A program made the translations under genes and the position numbers. The notes under the pieces were generated by a model that saw nothing but the letters and a program-made list of their open reading frames with translations, was not told where the DNA came from and made no database searches. A stretch of DNA of 64,000 nucleotides from Candidatus Bathyarchaeota archaeon. GTDB lineage: Archaea > Thermoproteota > Bathyarchaeia > Bathyarchaeales > Bathycorpusculaceae. How positions within the stretch are numbered: the stretch's first letter is position 1; every line of letters begins with the position of its first letter. This document shows, in pieces, positions 50,892-61,857 of the stretch. The DNA lies in the NCBI GenBank assembly GCA_963826715.1, contig CAWGYA010000005.1:32001-96000 (forward strand), in the 5' to 3' direction.

Positions 50892-53800
50892 CTATAGTGT
50901 AATCTGGAAGTTCTTTTTGCCGGCATTATTTGCTTTGGGAATTGTTATTTTGAATTTTACTCCTTCACCGGATTTACCTTCTTCAGAAATTGTCCAACCG
51001 TAGACGTCCATCATTTTCCTGATCAGATTAAGTCCAAGGCCACTACCTTTTCCAGTTGTAAAACCAGCTTCAAAAAGTTTACACTTATTTTCATCAGGTA
51101 CCCCAACACCGTCATCCTCATAGAACAAATTCATTTCATTATTTTCTAAAGAATAATGCAATCGAATCTTGGTTACTTTTTCACCATGCTCAAAAGAGTT
51201 ATCTAGAAAATTATAAAAAAGCTGCTTCAAAAGCGAATCAGCCACAACTACAACCCCTTGACAATCATTAACAATTTTTACACTAACATTTAGAGGCAGA
51301 AGATTGCAAGCCTGATTAAAACAGAAATAAACGTTCTCTTCAGAAGGCTTCTCAACCCCAACACGCTCATAAAGACGACTAAAATCAAAAATCGCATCAG
51401 ATGAAGTAAGTGCTAAATCAATACTTTCAAGATACTTTACTAACCCGGGGTTATCTCCAATGCGTTTCTTTAGTAGAAAGAAATTTGCTTTTACAACCAT
51501 TAGTTTGTTGGCAACATCATGCCGAGTTAAACTACCGACAACACGCAACTTTTCATTAAGTAACTTTAGATTTTTCTTTTGGTTCTCAATTTCTGTAATT
51601 TTCAAACTGTTGTTAAGAGCCAAAGCTGCATACTCCCCAAATCCCTCCCCAAGTAAAGCATCTCTCTCAGTGAAATCAGATGGCTTGTTCGAAAGACCTA
51701 TAAGACCAACCGTTTTGCCACTAATGACTAAAGGAACAAACATTACATTCTTAATTTTAGAGTGACCTTTAGGCATAAACTGCATCCAATCGCTCATGCA
51801 AAAATCGTTTTCATAAATTACCCTGTTTGTTTTACGAGCAATTTCTATCAATTCATTAATGGGCATAGGTAAAGTTGGGCTGGAATGACTTAATCCCTCT
51901 GAATTTAAAAACAAAACCTTATTTTCCGAATCGGCCTCTGATAAAATACTAACGAATCCTACAGTTGCCCCTATCAAATTCTTACAGTCCTCAAAAATCT
52001 TTTGAGCGACAATATCAAACTCCTCATTATTTAGAATAGTTCTCGTACTATTGAGAAAGGCAGTGATTTCTTTTTCCCGAGTTTCAGTTTCTAATAATGT
52101 TTGATGAAATTTGATTTCAGCTTTCTTTTTTGCTGTGATATCTTCACATGCGCCAATAATCCTATGAACTGATGAGTTTATATCATCTAAATCAGCACGT
52201 GAACAAATCTTGAGCCACTTTGTTGAACCATCCCCTCGGACAATTCTTAACTCACAATTAGTTGATTCCCCTGGTTTTAAGCCAACAACTTTTTCTTCAA
52301 AAATCGATAAATCCTCTATATTAACAAGATGTTTCCAACATCCTTGTTTCTTAAAATCTTCAAATGAACAACCAAATATTTTTTCTACAGATCCAACCAT
52401 CCAATCGATCTTAAAATTATTTCCATCAGATTTCACACATGAAAATACAACATCTGCCATCATTTCCGAAATGGCTCTATATTTCGCCTCACTTATTTTC
52501 AAGGAATTTTCTATTTTTTTGCGTTCGGTTATTGGTACTGCAAGTTCAAGGGCAGCAATGGTAACTCCATTTGAGTTTTTGAGTGGCGTTACTCTTAATT
52601 CAATCCAGCTAGCTTCGCCTTTAGGGTTTACCACTTTGTATTCGCGAACATCAAGGGGGCTATCATTTTGAAAAATTTCTTCTACCCCACAATCGGGACA
52701 TACAATTCCAAGATAGTTAAAAGTTTCATAACATTTTTTGTTGGGTGCAACACCTAAACTCATCAAACGCTTGTTAGCCCAAACAACTTGGTAATCCTTA
52801 TCTATAACAGCTAATCCAGCATCAACACCTTCCCCAACCCGTTCAAGAATTTCATTGTAATTTTTCAGCTGGGCTTCAACTTTTTTGCGCTCAGAAATGT
52901 TTCTGGCGATGCTTAGGATTGCTTTTTTTCCCCTATAGATTATGAGGCTAGAACTAATTTCAACTGGAATTTCCTGACCATTTTTTGTGGTATGAAATGT
53001 TTCAAAAGTCTGAAAATCAACATAATTCAAATTTTTGATGAGATTTTCAATTTGAACTGGTTTTAGATAAGTATCAATTTCATTAACACTCATTTTTAGT
53101 AACTCTTGATTTGAATAACCAAGAGTTTTAGCTGCAGCAGCATTAATGTCTACAAAATTTCCGTTGAAATCGATAACCCAAGCCGAATCAGTCATCCCAT
53201 CAATCAAATTTCTATAATTGGATTCGCTTTCTCTAAGGCTCTTTTCAAGCCTCCGGCGTTCACTAATATCCGTAAAAACTGTTGCAAATTTGTTCTTTTC
53301 TGAAGAAAAAACAGAGATACTGAAATCCTTTTTGATCGGGGAAAAATAAGTTTCAAAATAAGCAGGTTCTCTGTTTTGAGCAACTCTCGAATATACTTCG
53401 ATATAAGGTGCATCATTTGAACCGTAAACTTCGGAGGCTTTTTTCCCAATAACTTCTTTTCTCTTTAACCCTAAAATCGACTCATAAGCTTTATTCACGT
53501 CTAAAATTATGTAATCAACAGCTTTTCCAAACTCATCAAAAACCAATTCGTGAAGACAAAACCCTTCATTCATCGTTGAAAACAACGATTGGAAACGAGT
53601 TTCTGTTTCTCTCAACAATTTTTCATTATTTTTCCTGTTTACATTTTGTGTTATACAGTGGGATAGTTCTCCATAGACTGTTTCGGGGTTACCTTGCTTG
53701 TTAATGTAACCGTCAGCGCCAAGGTTCAAAGCTCTTATAGCAACTTCTTCTCTGCCCTTACCAGTGAACAAGATGAATGGGATCTTATTGTTTTGTTGAC

Positions 53801-54080
53801 GGAGCGCTTTTAGAAGCTGTAAACCGTCTTTTTGCGGCATTTCATAATCACAAACCACAACATCGTATTCCCCCATCTCTATTTTGGTAAAACCCTCATC
53901 AACATTACATGCATTATCGATTTCGAAGTGATCGTCCAAATCTAAAAGCATTAACTTTGCTATCTCTTGTAATGATTTATCATCGTCAACATGTAAAACT
54001 CGAATTTCACTTTTTTTATTTCGAGTTCCTAACTCGGCTAACTCTGTAACTTTGATATTCTGATTGAGGGTTTGTATCAG
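50892..54080 (-). CDS. Hybrid sensor histidine kinase REC-PAS(x4)-GAF-HisKA-HATPase; probable CTG start at 54080
   Basis: IRVLHVDDD lies upstream of ATG 53951; LTRHDVANKL, NFLDNS, YEDDGVG, GSGLGL. Confidence 0.9.
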   Translation of the reverse strand: MIQTLNQNIKVTELAELGTRNKKSEIRVLHVDDDKSLQEIAKLMLLDLDDHFEIDNACNVDEGFTKIEMGEYDVVVCDYEMPQKDGLQLLKALRQQNNKIPFILFTGKGREEVAIRALNLGADGYINKQGNPETVYGELSHCITQNVNRKNNEKLLRETETRFQSLFSTMNEGFCLHELVFDEFGKAVDYIILDVNKAYESILGLKRKEVIGKKASEVYGSNDAPYIEVYSRVAQNREPAYFETYFSPIKKDFSISVFSSEKNKFATVFTDISERRRLEKSLRESESNYRNLIDGMTDSAWVIDFNGNFVDINAAAAKTLGYSNQELLKMSVNEIDTYLKPVQIENLIKNLNYVDFQTFETFHTTKNGQEIPVEISSSLIIYRGKKAILSIARNISERKKVEAQLKNYNEILERVGEGVDAGLAVIDKDYQVVWANKRLMSLGVAPNKKCYETFNYLGIVCPDCGVEEIFQNDSPLDVREYKVVNPKGEASWIELRVTPLKNSNGVTIAALELAVPITERKKIENSLKISEAKYRAISEMMADVVFSCVKSDGNNFKIDWMVGSVEKIFGCSFEDFKKQGCWKHLVNIEDLSIFEEKVVGLKPGESTNCELRIVRGDGSTKWLKICSRADLDDINSSVHRIIGACEDITAKKKAEIKFHQTLLETETREKEITAFLNSTRTILNNEEFDIVAQKIFEDCKNLIGATVGFVSILSEADSENKVLFLNSEGLSHSSPTLPMPINELIEIARKTNRVIYENDFCMSDWMQFMPKGHSKIKNVMFVPLVISGKTVGLIGLSNKPSDFTERDALLGEGFGEYAALALNNSLKITEIENQKKNLKLLNEKLRVVGSLTRHDVANKLMVVKANFFLLKKRIGDNPGLVKYLESIDLALTSSDAIFDFSRLYERVGVEKPSEENVYFCFNQACNLLPLNVSVKIVNDCQGVVVVADSLLKQLFYNFLDNSFEHGEKVTKIRLHYSLENNEMNLFYEDDGVGVPDENKCKLFEAGFTTGKGSGLGLNLIRKMMDVYGWTISEEGKSGEGVKFKITIPKANNAGKKNFQITL

Positions 54081-54217
54081 TAATACCCCGTAACTTAATC
54101 AATTATCGTAAATGATAATAAATTACTTATGAATCTAGAATACTTAGCACAAACAAACGTGGCTAAAAATGAATTGTAATTCGGCAAACCTGAGTTTTTA
54201 GGCAAAACACACTGTAC

Positions 54218-56878
54218 TTAAGAGATTTGATAGCTTTCTTTTCCATTCTTACTCAATTTCGGTACAGTTATACTGAATCTGACGCCTTCACCTGGCTTAC
54301 CATTCTCTTCTATTGCCCAACCATAAACATCCATCATCTTTTTAGTCAAAAACAACCCAAAACCTGTGCTGCCGCCTGTGCTAAAACCTTCCTTGAATAG
54401 ATTCAACTTATTCTCAGAAGAAATTCCAACACCATCATCTTCATAGATTAATTTCAGACTATCTTGGTTCGTTTTCTCGTAATATATCCTTATTGATGTG
54501 GTAGTTTGTCCATACTTTCTGGTATTGTCAATAAAATTGTAGAATAACTGCCTAAGAAAAGAATCCGCCATCAACTTTAATCCACCACAATTATTAACAA
54601 CTTTGATGGACAATCCAGAAAAAAGCTCAACAGCCTCATTGATAGCTTTCTCAACATCAATATACTTTAGTTCCTCAACACCTATCTGCTCATACATTTT
54701 GGCGAAATCAAAAATCCGCATAGAATCTTTAACAGATTGTTCCATTTTACTTAATCCCTCAACAACATCGATTTGATCGGGATGTTTCTTCTTAAGCAAA
54801 TAAGCATATCCCGTAACGGTTGAGAGTTTATTGCGAACATCATGTCTAGTCAGACTACCGACTACACGCAACTTCTCATTCATTAACTCAATTCTTTGAC
54901 TACTTTCCTTTAGTTTTTCCTCATTCTTTTTACGCTCAGTAATATCAACAAAGAACGCCACTGTAGAAACAAACTTTCCATCTTTATAAATGGGACAAGC
55001 ATTGCCGCTTACCACAATTTCTTTTCCGGTCTTAGAAACAAAAACAGTTTCAACATCCCGAACACACACTCCCGTCATGACTTGACCAAAAACATCCATG
55101 CAAAACTGAAAATGATCTTTTCGAACAACATTATTTATAGTAATTTTTTCTAGATCATCTGAGGTATACCCCATCACTTTTTTCCATTCTTCATTCACAA
55201 AAACTAACTTTCCCTCTTTGTCAACGGATTGAACTAGTACATTCGTTGCTGAAAGCAAAGATCTATGCTTTTCTTCAGCCTCTCTAAGTCTATCCTCTGC
55301 TGCTTTACGCTCAGTTATGTCTCTAACTGTGGCTTGCAGAATGTTTCGATTCTTCAAAGTGATCCTTGATAGAAGTACCTCAGCTGGAAAAGTGGTTCCA
55401 TCCATCCGTTTATGGACCCAAAAGAAATTTTCTTTCCCAGACCATAAGGCCTTCATAATATGATTTTTAGCTGATTCAAGTGAAGGTGAACCATCAGGCT
55501 GCAAAGTCGGCGATAAGTCTGCAGGATGCTTCAATATGAATTCATTAACTGATTTAACCCCGAATAACCGAAGAGTTTCGGCGTTACAGTCAATAAACGA
55601 TTTTTCGTCAAGAAGCATTAAAGCATCCATCGATGACTCAAAGGTGATTTCATATTTTTCTTGAGTTTCACGTATCTTCTCTTCAGTAGCCTTGCGCTCT
55701 GAGATATCCCTAGCTACACTGAGGATCATTTTTGTCCCAAATGACTCAATTACTTGAGCATGAATCTCAACTGGCATAACTTTGTTATCTTTACACAAAT
55801 TTTCCGACTCAAATATCGCCTCACCTTTTTCAAGCAAATCCTTCATTCTGTCCCCAAAAAATCTTGGTTTATCAGGAACCTCTAAGTCCTTAACGGTCAA
55901 CGATTGAAATTCCGCTTCAGTGTAACCCCTAGATCTGTAAGCTGCTTGGTTAAAATAGACGAGTTTTCCATCCAAATCATGGACCAAAATTGAGTCTGAA
56001 GCCGACTCGAAAAGATTAGCGGCAATTTGAAGCTCCGTTTCAGCCAACTTTATTTTAGTCATATCTTTTGCAATGTGGACAACTTGTGCAATTTCGTCCT
56101 GATCATCTAAAATTGGCGATGTAGTCACCAAAAACGGTTTTCCTAAGTGCGGATCGTTTATTTCCTCAGTAACAATTTGTTTGGTTCTAAAGGTCTGGGT
56201 TGCCGGACAATTTCCCCAGGGCGTCTTAGTTCCATGAACAATTTCATAACAAGGCTTGCCGACCAATTCCTCAGGCTTCTTGTTAAATGCCTCACACGTA
56301 GCTTTGTTAACCATAGTAATGATTCTATTTTTGTCAATCACAAACAGTAAATCGCCAATACCGTTAATGATTTCTCGAATTTCATTCGCTTTTATTTTTT
56401 CTGTTCTTTCTCGGATTCTTCTTTCCGTTATATCGCGTTCAATATGAACAACTTGAACTATTTTTCCGTCTTTATCTTCAATGGGATGTACAGTAACTTC
56501 AACATCAATTGTTAGATTTTTTTGATTAAAATGTTTATGCTCAACTGTAACAGAACTTTTTGTCTTTAGCATTTCCTGAATCGGGCAAACATCATTTGGA
56601 GGGATGCATGGGGTTGACCTATGATGTGTTGCTTCATAGCAAGGTTTGCCAATTAAGTGTTCTTTATCTGACTTCAGTTCCTTTAGTGCTGCTTCATTGG
56701 CACTTAGTATTTTATAATTTTTTGAATCAATTACTAAAATAGCATCGCTAATTGAGTTAAGAATTTTTTTAGTAGCAATCTTCTGAAACTCAAGACCTTC
56801 TTCCTTATTTGCAGTCGTTAAAGTTAATTCCAGCAATTCTGAGTCTTTCATCAAATTACTTACGTGAGACTTAGTCAT
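54218..56878 (-). CDS. PAS(x5) sensor histidine kinase
   Basis: Multiple RDITERK; LTRHDVRNKL, NFIDNT, GSTGFGL. Confidence 0.93.
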   Translation of the reverse strand: MTKSHVSNLMKDSELLELTLTTANKEEGLEFQKIATKKILNSISDAILVIDSKNYKILSANEAALKELKSDKEHLIGKPCYEATHHRSTPCIPPNDVCPIQEMLKTKSSVTVEHKHFNQKNLTIDVEVTVHPIEDKDGKIVQVVHIERDITERRIRERTEKIKANEIREIINGIGDLLFVIDKNRIITMVNKATCEAFNKKPEELVGKPCYEIVHGTKTPWGNCPATQTFRTKQIVTEEINDPHLGKPFLVTTSPILDDQDEIAQVVHIAKDMTKIKLAETELQIAANLFESASDSILVHDLDGKLVYFNQAAYRSRGYTEAEFQSLTVKDLEVPDKPRFFGDRMKDLLEKGEAIFESENLCKDNKVMPVEIHAQVIESFGTKMILSVARDISERKATEEKIRETQEKYEITFESSMDALMLLDEKSFIDCNAETLRLFGVKSVNEFILKHPADLSPTLQPDGSPSLESAKNHIMKALWSGKENFFWVHKRMDGTTFPAEVLLSRITLKNRNILQATVRDITERKAAEDRLREAEEKHRSLLSATNVLVQSVDKEGKLVFVNEEWKKVMGYTSDDLEKITINNVVRKDHFQFCMDVFGQVMTGVCVRDVETVFVSKTGKEIVVSGNACPIYKDGKFVSTVAFFVDITERKKNEEKLKESSQRIELMNEKLRVVGSLTRHDVRNKLSTVTGYAYLLKKKHPDQIDVVEGLSKMEQSVKDSMRIFDFAKMYEQIGVEELKYIDVEKAINEAVELFSGLSIKVVNNCGGLKLMADSFLRQLFYNFIDNTRKYGQTTTSIRIYYEKTNQDSLKLIYEDDGVGISSENKLNLFKEGFSTGGSTGFGLFLTKKMMDVYGWAIEENGKPGEGVRFSITVPKLSKNGKESYQIS

Positions 56879-57160
56879 CCGCTCTCCTCGTTACATGGGC
56901 TTTTCGATTTTATAGTTATTGTGAATGTTGTTCTCTTACACCAAACTAAAAATGAACAAAGTTATTAATGATGTTTATGAATCCAGAATTCTTTTTGTAT
57001 TTTATTATTCAAAAATAGAAATAAAATACAAAATAGTTATTCCTGCAATTAATAAAATTAAAAGACCCGCTGAGAATTTTTGTTGTTCTAAATTGTAACA
57101 ACACTACTTCTTATTCAACGATGACCTTGAATTCTTGTAAAGCATTTAAAAGTGACTTTT

Positions 57161-57313
57161 ATGTGCAAATGTCCTAGATGCGATAATGAGGTCGCGACGC
57201 CCGACAAAAAACTTGAGAATTCAGTTTTTAGTGTATATGCTTTTACTTGCTTAAACTGCGGAAACCTTTTCACAACAAAACATTACGTTTCTTTTGGAAA
57301 ACAAATTAGTTAA
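57161..57313 (+). CDS. 50-aa zinc-ribbon protein (not in ORF track)
   Basis: MCKCPRCDNEVATPDKKLENSVFSVYAFTCLNCGNLFTTKHYVSFGKQIS*. Confidence 0.7.
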   Translation: MCKCPRCDNEVATPDKKLENSVFSVYAFTCLNCGNLFTTKHYVSFGKQIS

Positions 57314-57506
57314 ACAATGCATAATTACTGTCAAATATTTTCCCCTATATCAAAGTCAAACGCCAAATTATTTTGCTGCGAATTCGATCAAGCTACTTTG
57401 GCAACGTATTATTTCTACATGAAAACCTCAGTTGTTCTGACCGGTTGAAAAATTAATGTTCCATTAACTAAAAAATATTTTCAAGTGAGCTATCAGTATT
57501 GATACT

Positions 57507-57836
57507 TCAAAGTGTCTCTTTGCTCTTGGTTTTAGTCAAAACTTGTGTAGTTAAAAAGTTCAGGATTCGCTCAGCCTCAAGATCGGCTATACCTTCATTT
57601 TCAGCTTCAGTTTTAGAGCAATCCTTCTCAATTTTTCTATGAGTTTCAACATGAGCCTCTATAGCTTTGCTCATAGCTTTTAAGTCAGGTAACAATGGGA
57701 TTTCCAATCCGCAATCGCATTTAATTATTGGCTTGTCCCCTTTTTTTGAATCGATTTTCTTAAAATCTTCCATCGCAGCATTTTTTTCAAATCTATTTTC
57801 TCGGGTTTGCATACCTTTATCCCATTTATTTAACAT
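57507..57836 (-). CDS. Small Cys2-His2-type Zn-binding protein
   Basis: IKCDCGLEIPLLPDLKAMSKAIEAHVETH; paralog of 9097. Confidence 0.72.
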   Translation of the reverse strand: MLNKWDKGMQTRENRFEKNAAMEDFKKIDSKKGDKPIIKCDCGLEIPLLPDLKAMSKAIEAHVETHRKIEKDCSKTEAENEGIADLEAERILNFLTTQVLTKTKSKETL

Positions 57837-57964
57837 AAACGAAAATTCGTTGATCTATTAGCCATATTTCTATCTATAATAAAAAGACATGTTGGCTATA
57901 TCCAGATACAACAAATATACACACAAAAGGGCATAGTGTTAGGGCACAGCAGTTAACCCGCTTT

Positions 57965-58747
57965 TCACTTTTTTCTTAGGCGAGTAGCGACAACTACCGC
58001 TAATATAGCAATGGCTACAAGGATACTGCCTATCTCAGTTAATACAACGACAGTTTGATTAGTGCTGTGATTAACGCCGATACCAACAAACGCCCAGATA
58101 ACCACCAATGCATAAGCAACATCTTTTCGAGTACCTAGTACCAGCATCGTTAAGGTCAATGCTACGGCAGCAACTATTATTGTCCAAACTTCAGGGCTGA
58201 TTCCAAAACCACTCCAATTGTAAGCAGTTAAAGTTACAGCTACATCAGCTATTGACGCAATAGTTATCCAACCCAAATAAACACTAAACGGAAGGTGAAC
58301 TGCAATTTTCTCACTAATCTTAACCGTGGCCTTGCCAATGTTTAGACGCAAATAAATTGCTATTAAAGATATCAATAGAGCAAAGATCAGAACAACAGAA
58401 AGAACTAAGCTTTCAAACTGCCAAACAAAAATCCAAGCAATATTTATCAAACTGCTGATAACAAATAACCAGCCTATTTTCCGATGATAATCGCCACCGT
58501 TTTTTCTTGGTAATGCTTGGTAAATCACAAATACACCCAGAAGGATGTAGATGATTCCCCAAATCGAAAACACGTAACCAGCAGGCGTAATGAGAGTGGG
58601 GTATGTGTTTGAAACTGTTGCCGTATTTCGACCGCCAATAAGAGTTGTGCTACCTGCAATACTATTTATTATGACCATAAGAATGTATAAAATTATATTG
58701 GAATACCTGAGGATAGCTGGATTACTTTTTTGCACAAGAATCAACAA
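57965..58747 (-). CDS. TspO/MBR-like tryptophan-rich sensory protein
   Basis: ITPAGYVFSIWGIIY, NIAWIFVW, PFSVYLGWITIA. Confidence 0.85.
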   Translation of the reverse strand: MLILVQKSNPAILRYSNIILYILMVIINSIAGSTTLIGGRNTATVSNTYPTLITPAGYVFSIWGIIYILLGVFVIYQALPRKNGGDYHRKIGWLFVISSLINIAWIFVWQFESLVLSVVLIFALLISLIAIYLRLNIGKATVKISEKIAVHLPFSVYLGWITIASIADVAVTLTAYNWSGFGISPEVWTIIVAAVALTLTMLVLGTRKDVAYALVVIWAFVGIGVNHSTNQTVVVLTEIGSILVAIAILAVVVATRLRKK

Positions 58748-58941
58748 GATTACTTGGTTAATATTAGTATATAAAATAATCGAAACTTGGCAAGTTACAT
58801 TTTATAGATAACTATTTTTAAAATATTCTGTATCAATTCAACACTGCAAATTGTTGTTGAATTAAAATTGTTACTCAACATATTTTTAATGGTTCAGTAT
58901 TTTAACTGAAAATGCCTCTCTAATATTTACTTAGAAACTAC

Positions 58942-59454
58942 TTACATAATAATCTCAATCGCAACTTCATTTCTTCTCAAAAAGCTCGGAATAAAAGGCG
59001 GATTGTAGAGCATAGAAAAAACTTCTCCTTTGGTTTTTGTTCTTGCTCTATCTAACACTTCTAACAACTCTTTTGTCTCTTTTTCAAAATGATTTTCAGA
59101 CCAACTCCCTGAGAATTTTAAAACAGCCACTGTTCTAGATGGAATTTCTGATATTCTTACCCTATCATCAGTTGGTTCTGGCGTAGCTTCTAGCGTAAAA
59201 TCTGCGGGCATTACAAACGAAAGTACACCTGTTTCTGAAAACACAGGCGACGTCATGGCTATTTTTTGAGAAACTACAGGTGTTGTCATCTTTACTTTTT
59301 CTTTTTGCCTATTTGCTCCAGTTATGAAATTATAAAGCAAGCTAAAAGCATCTGCATTTGGGTCATCAACATACGCAACGATAATCTTGGGATACTTACG
59401 TATTTCGACATTTTCTATTTTACCCATGACCTCATATTTTATGGTTTCAACCAC
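58942..59454 (-). CDS. SOUL heme-binding protein
   Basis: EIRKYP, AFSLLYNFITGAN, IAMTSPV, YNPPF.P.FLRRNEV. Confidence 0.93.
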   Translation of the reverse strand: MVETIKYEVMGKIENVEIRKYPKIIVAYVDDPNADAFSLLYNFITGANRQKEKVKMTTPVVSQKIAMTSPVFSETGVLSFVMPADFTLEATPEPTDDRVRISEIPSRTVAVLKFSGSWSENHFEKETKELLEVLDRARTKTKGEVFSMLYNPPFIPSFLRRNEVAIEIIM

Positions 59455-59520
59455 TAAATCAACTCTTCTGAATTTTTCGTTTGATAAAAATAAAAAAATA
59501 TTGGGTTTACTGTTTTTGCT

Positions 59521-59955
59521 TTACTTTGGCAATAGAACCTTGTCTATAACGTGAATTACACCATTATCAGCCTTAACATCAGCTGTTACTATGTTCGCGT
59601 CGTTGATTTTTACTGATTTGTGTAGATGCCACTTTGCAGCATCAATGTTCAGATCTTGACCCTGAAGTGTTGTAATGTGTTTGTGAACGATGACGTCTGC
59701 TGCTGGAACGGCTCCCTCAACCACATGAAATTTTAAGATTTCGGTAAGTTTGGGTATGTCATTGAGTAAGCCATCTACCGTTCCCGGGGGAAGTTTGGCA
59801 AAGGCTTCATCAGTTGGAGCAAAAACTGTGTATGGCCCTTTGGTGTTTAAAGTCTGGGTTAATCCTGCTGCTTCAGTAGCGGCTACAAGTGTTTTAAAAT
59901 TGCCCGCAGCTGCTGCTGTATCACATAATCCTGGTATTTTCTTCACCTCCTTCAA
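59521..59955 (-). CDS. Fasciclin (FAS1) domain protein
   Basis: GPYTVFAPTDEAFAKLP, ILKFHVV, ADNGVIHVIDKVLLP. Confidence 0.95.
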   Translation of the reverse strand: MKEVKKIPGLCDTAAAAGNFKTLVAATEAAGLTQTLNTKGPYTVFAPTDEAFAKLPPGTVDGLLNDIPKLTEILKFHVVEGAVPAADVIVHKHITTLQGQDLNIDAAKWHLHKSVKINDANIVTADVKADNGVIHVIDKVLLPK

Positions 59956-60173
59956 AAAAAGAAAATATTTTACATACTATACTTTGTGGAAAGTAAGGTA
60001 TAAGTTTTGTTGTTTTTTATACAAAACAAGAATGCTATGTATTTTGAATCTAATTCTAATTTGTAATTTAGCAGTAATAAGGGTCAGCAAATTTTTACCT
60101 AAAGAAAGCCAGAACAATCTTAGAAAACGATATTAACAGTTAAATACTCTTTTTTAAAACAGGGAAATACAAT

Positions 60174-60416
60174 TTGAAAAAAGGTAAGCTTGAAGAAATT
60201 CTGGTAGATCCATATCTGCCTAACAAAATCGTTCCTCCGGAATACATAAGAGACGTAATTAACGAAGCAAGCAACGATTTTCCAAAATTAGATTTTGACT
60301 ATGAACTTCCACATAAATGGCGAACAGAGGAATATCAAGGAAAATATGAGGAACTTGAAAGCCAAATTATTGAAATTCTTGCTTGGCGCGCACGCTGGTT
60401 AGGACAAACCAAATAA
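60174..60416 (+). CDS. Hypothetical protein
   Basis: 80-aa TTG ORF with protein-like composition. Confidence 0.6.
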   Translation: MKKGKLEEILVDPYLPNKIVPPEYIRDVINEASNDFPKLDFDYELPHKWRTEEYQGKYEELESQIIEILAWRARWLGQTK

Positions 60417-60558
60417 CAACACCCCTTTTCCTCTTTAAAAACCATTTTTTGTTTTAATCAATAACAAAAATAGTGAATCATAAAATTATACTTCCTAAAA
60501 CCAAATCGGTCAGCGAGAAATCTTAACATTGTGATTATCAGCCTATAGGATTGTAACT

Positions 60559-61857
60559 TCACTTTTTATTATTTTCTTGGATGATTTTTCTTGCCACCCG
60601 TAGCGCCAACGCCGACGTAGTCAACATAGCAGGTAAACCCTGCGAACACGGCATCAATGATAGATCAGCCACCCAAAGACCTTGGGGTAGAGCGGATGGG
60701 TGCATTGTTTCCACGTCACCACTAGTCAAGGGAACGGTACCTCCGAGGTGCCCCCCGTGAATCAAACCATCCACAAAAGGACCCGAGACACCTGATGCTT
60801 CCATAATCTTTGTTGCCTCATCTCGGGCTTTACTAAGACTTTTATGGTCAGCTTGAGTTAATGTTTTGATTATTGTTCCGTCGGCTGTAACTGTCCCTTG
60901 TTCAGTGTCTGCCATTTTAATCATCATTCCGACCCTATCCTCTGCAGAGACGGATTTCCAGGGTTTATGGAACCAAAAAGATAACAAGTCAAAATAGGGC
61001 GATAGTATGTAACGATCCTGTTTTATGAACCAAGCCATGGGTGGCTCGTTAAGCATACGGGAGCCCTTTGCGATGCCCCCCACAGTGAGCACGACATCAA
61101 CCCACAAGCTATCCTTTGCTGGGAGATTAGATGATTTCAAGATTTGAGCAGTACCAGCACCACCAGCGGACAAAACAACTACATCAGCATTTATTTTCTC
61201 GGTTAATTTACCTCGAGAAACCAAAACCCCCGATGCTTTGCCGCCTTCAAACATGACTTTTTGTACTCTCATAATAGTTTGCAGCGTAATGCCTCTTCCT
61301 AAGTGATCTTGATAGATTCGACGACTATCCCATTTGGCTCTAGTCATGCATCCTAATTCACAGTAACCGCACCCATTGCATCTGCTTAAGTCGCAAACTT
61401 TAGGCGTAGGTTTGGGTATAAAGCCAAGTTGTACTGCTTTGTCAAACATGGTTTGGGTAAGAGGTCGCCACTTTTCTCTGGGGATGGGTGCAATCGTTAG
61501 GTTTTTCTCTATTTCCTCATATTCTGCAGTGAGGTCTAAACCGATTTCTTTCAGCCCCCTCTCTGCCCTAACCATGTTGCCACACGCGATAGAAGTGCAA
61601 CCCCCCTCTGTAACACCTCTAAAAATCGCTAAATCATGACTTGCACGAGTAACAGCGTAATGCGGAAACACACGTTTAATCGAGTTTTCATCTTTTAGTA
61701 ACCATGACCCCCTCAAGGAACTAAGCCAAGAAACTTTATGCGTCAGGGGCGTAAACGGTTTTCCAGCTTCAAGAATTGTTACCTCAAAGCCATTATTGGC
61801 AAGTTCTCGAGCAGCAGTTGCACCTCCAGCGCCGGACCCAACCACAATAGCTTTCAC
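60559..61857 (-). CDS. GMC-family FAD oxidoreductase with ferredoxin-like Cys cluster
   Basis: IVVGSGAGG, CNGCGYCELGC, HLGGT, VADLSLMP; GTGA overlap with upstream gene. Confidence 0.9.
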   Translation of the reverse strand: MKAIVVGSGAGGATAARELANNGFEVTILEAGKPFTPLTHKVSWLSSLRGSWLLKDENSIKRVFPHYAVTRASHDLAIFRGVTEGGCTSIACGNMVRAERGLKEIGLDLTAEYEEIEKNLTIAPIPREKWRPLTQTMFDKAVQLGFIPKPTPKVCDLSRCNGCGYCELGCMTRAKWDSRRIYQDHLGRGITLQTIMRVQKVMFEGGKASGVLVSRGKLTEKINADVVVLSAGGAGTAQILKSSNLPAKDSLWVDVVLTVGGIAKGSRMLNEPPMAWFIKQDRYILSPYFDLLSFWFHKPWKSVSAEDRVGMMIKMADTEQGTVTADGTIIKTLTQADHKSLSKARDEATKIMEASGVSGPFVDGLIHGGHLGGTVPLTSGDVETMHPSALPQGLWVADLSLMPCSQGLPAMLTTSALALRVARKIIQENNKK

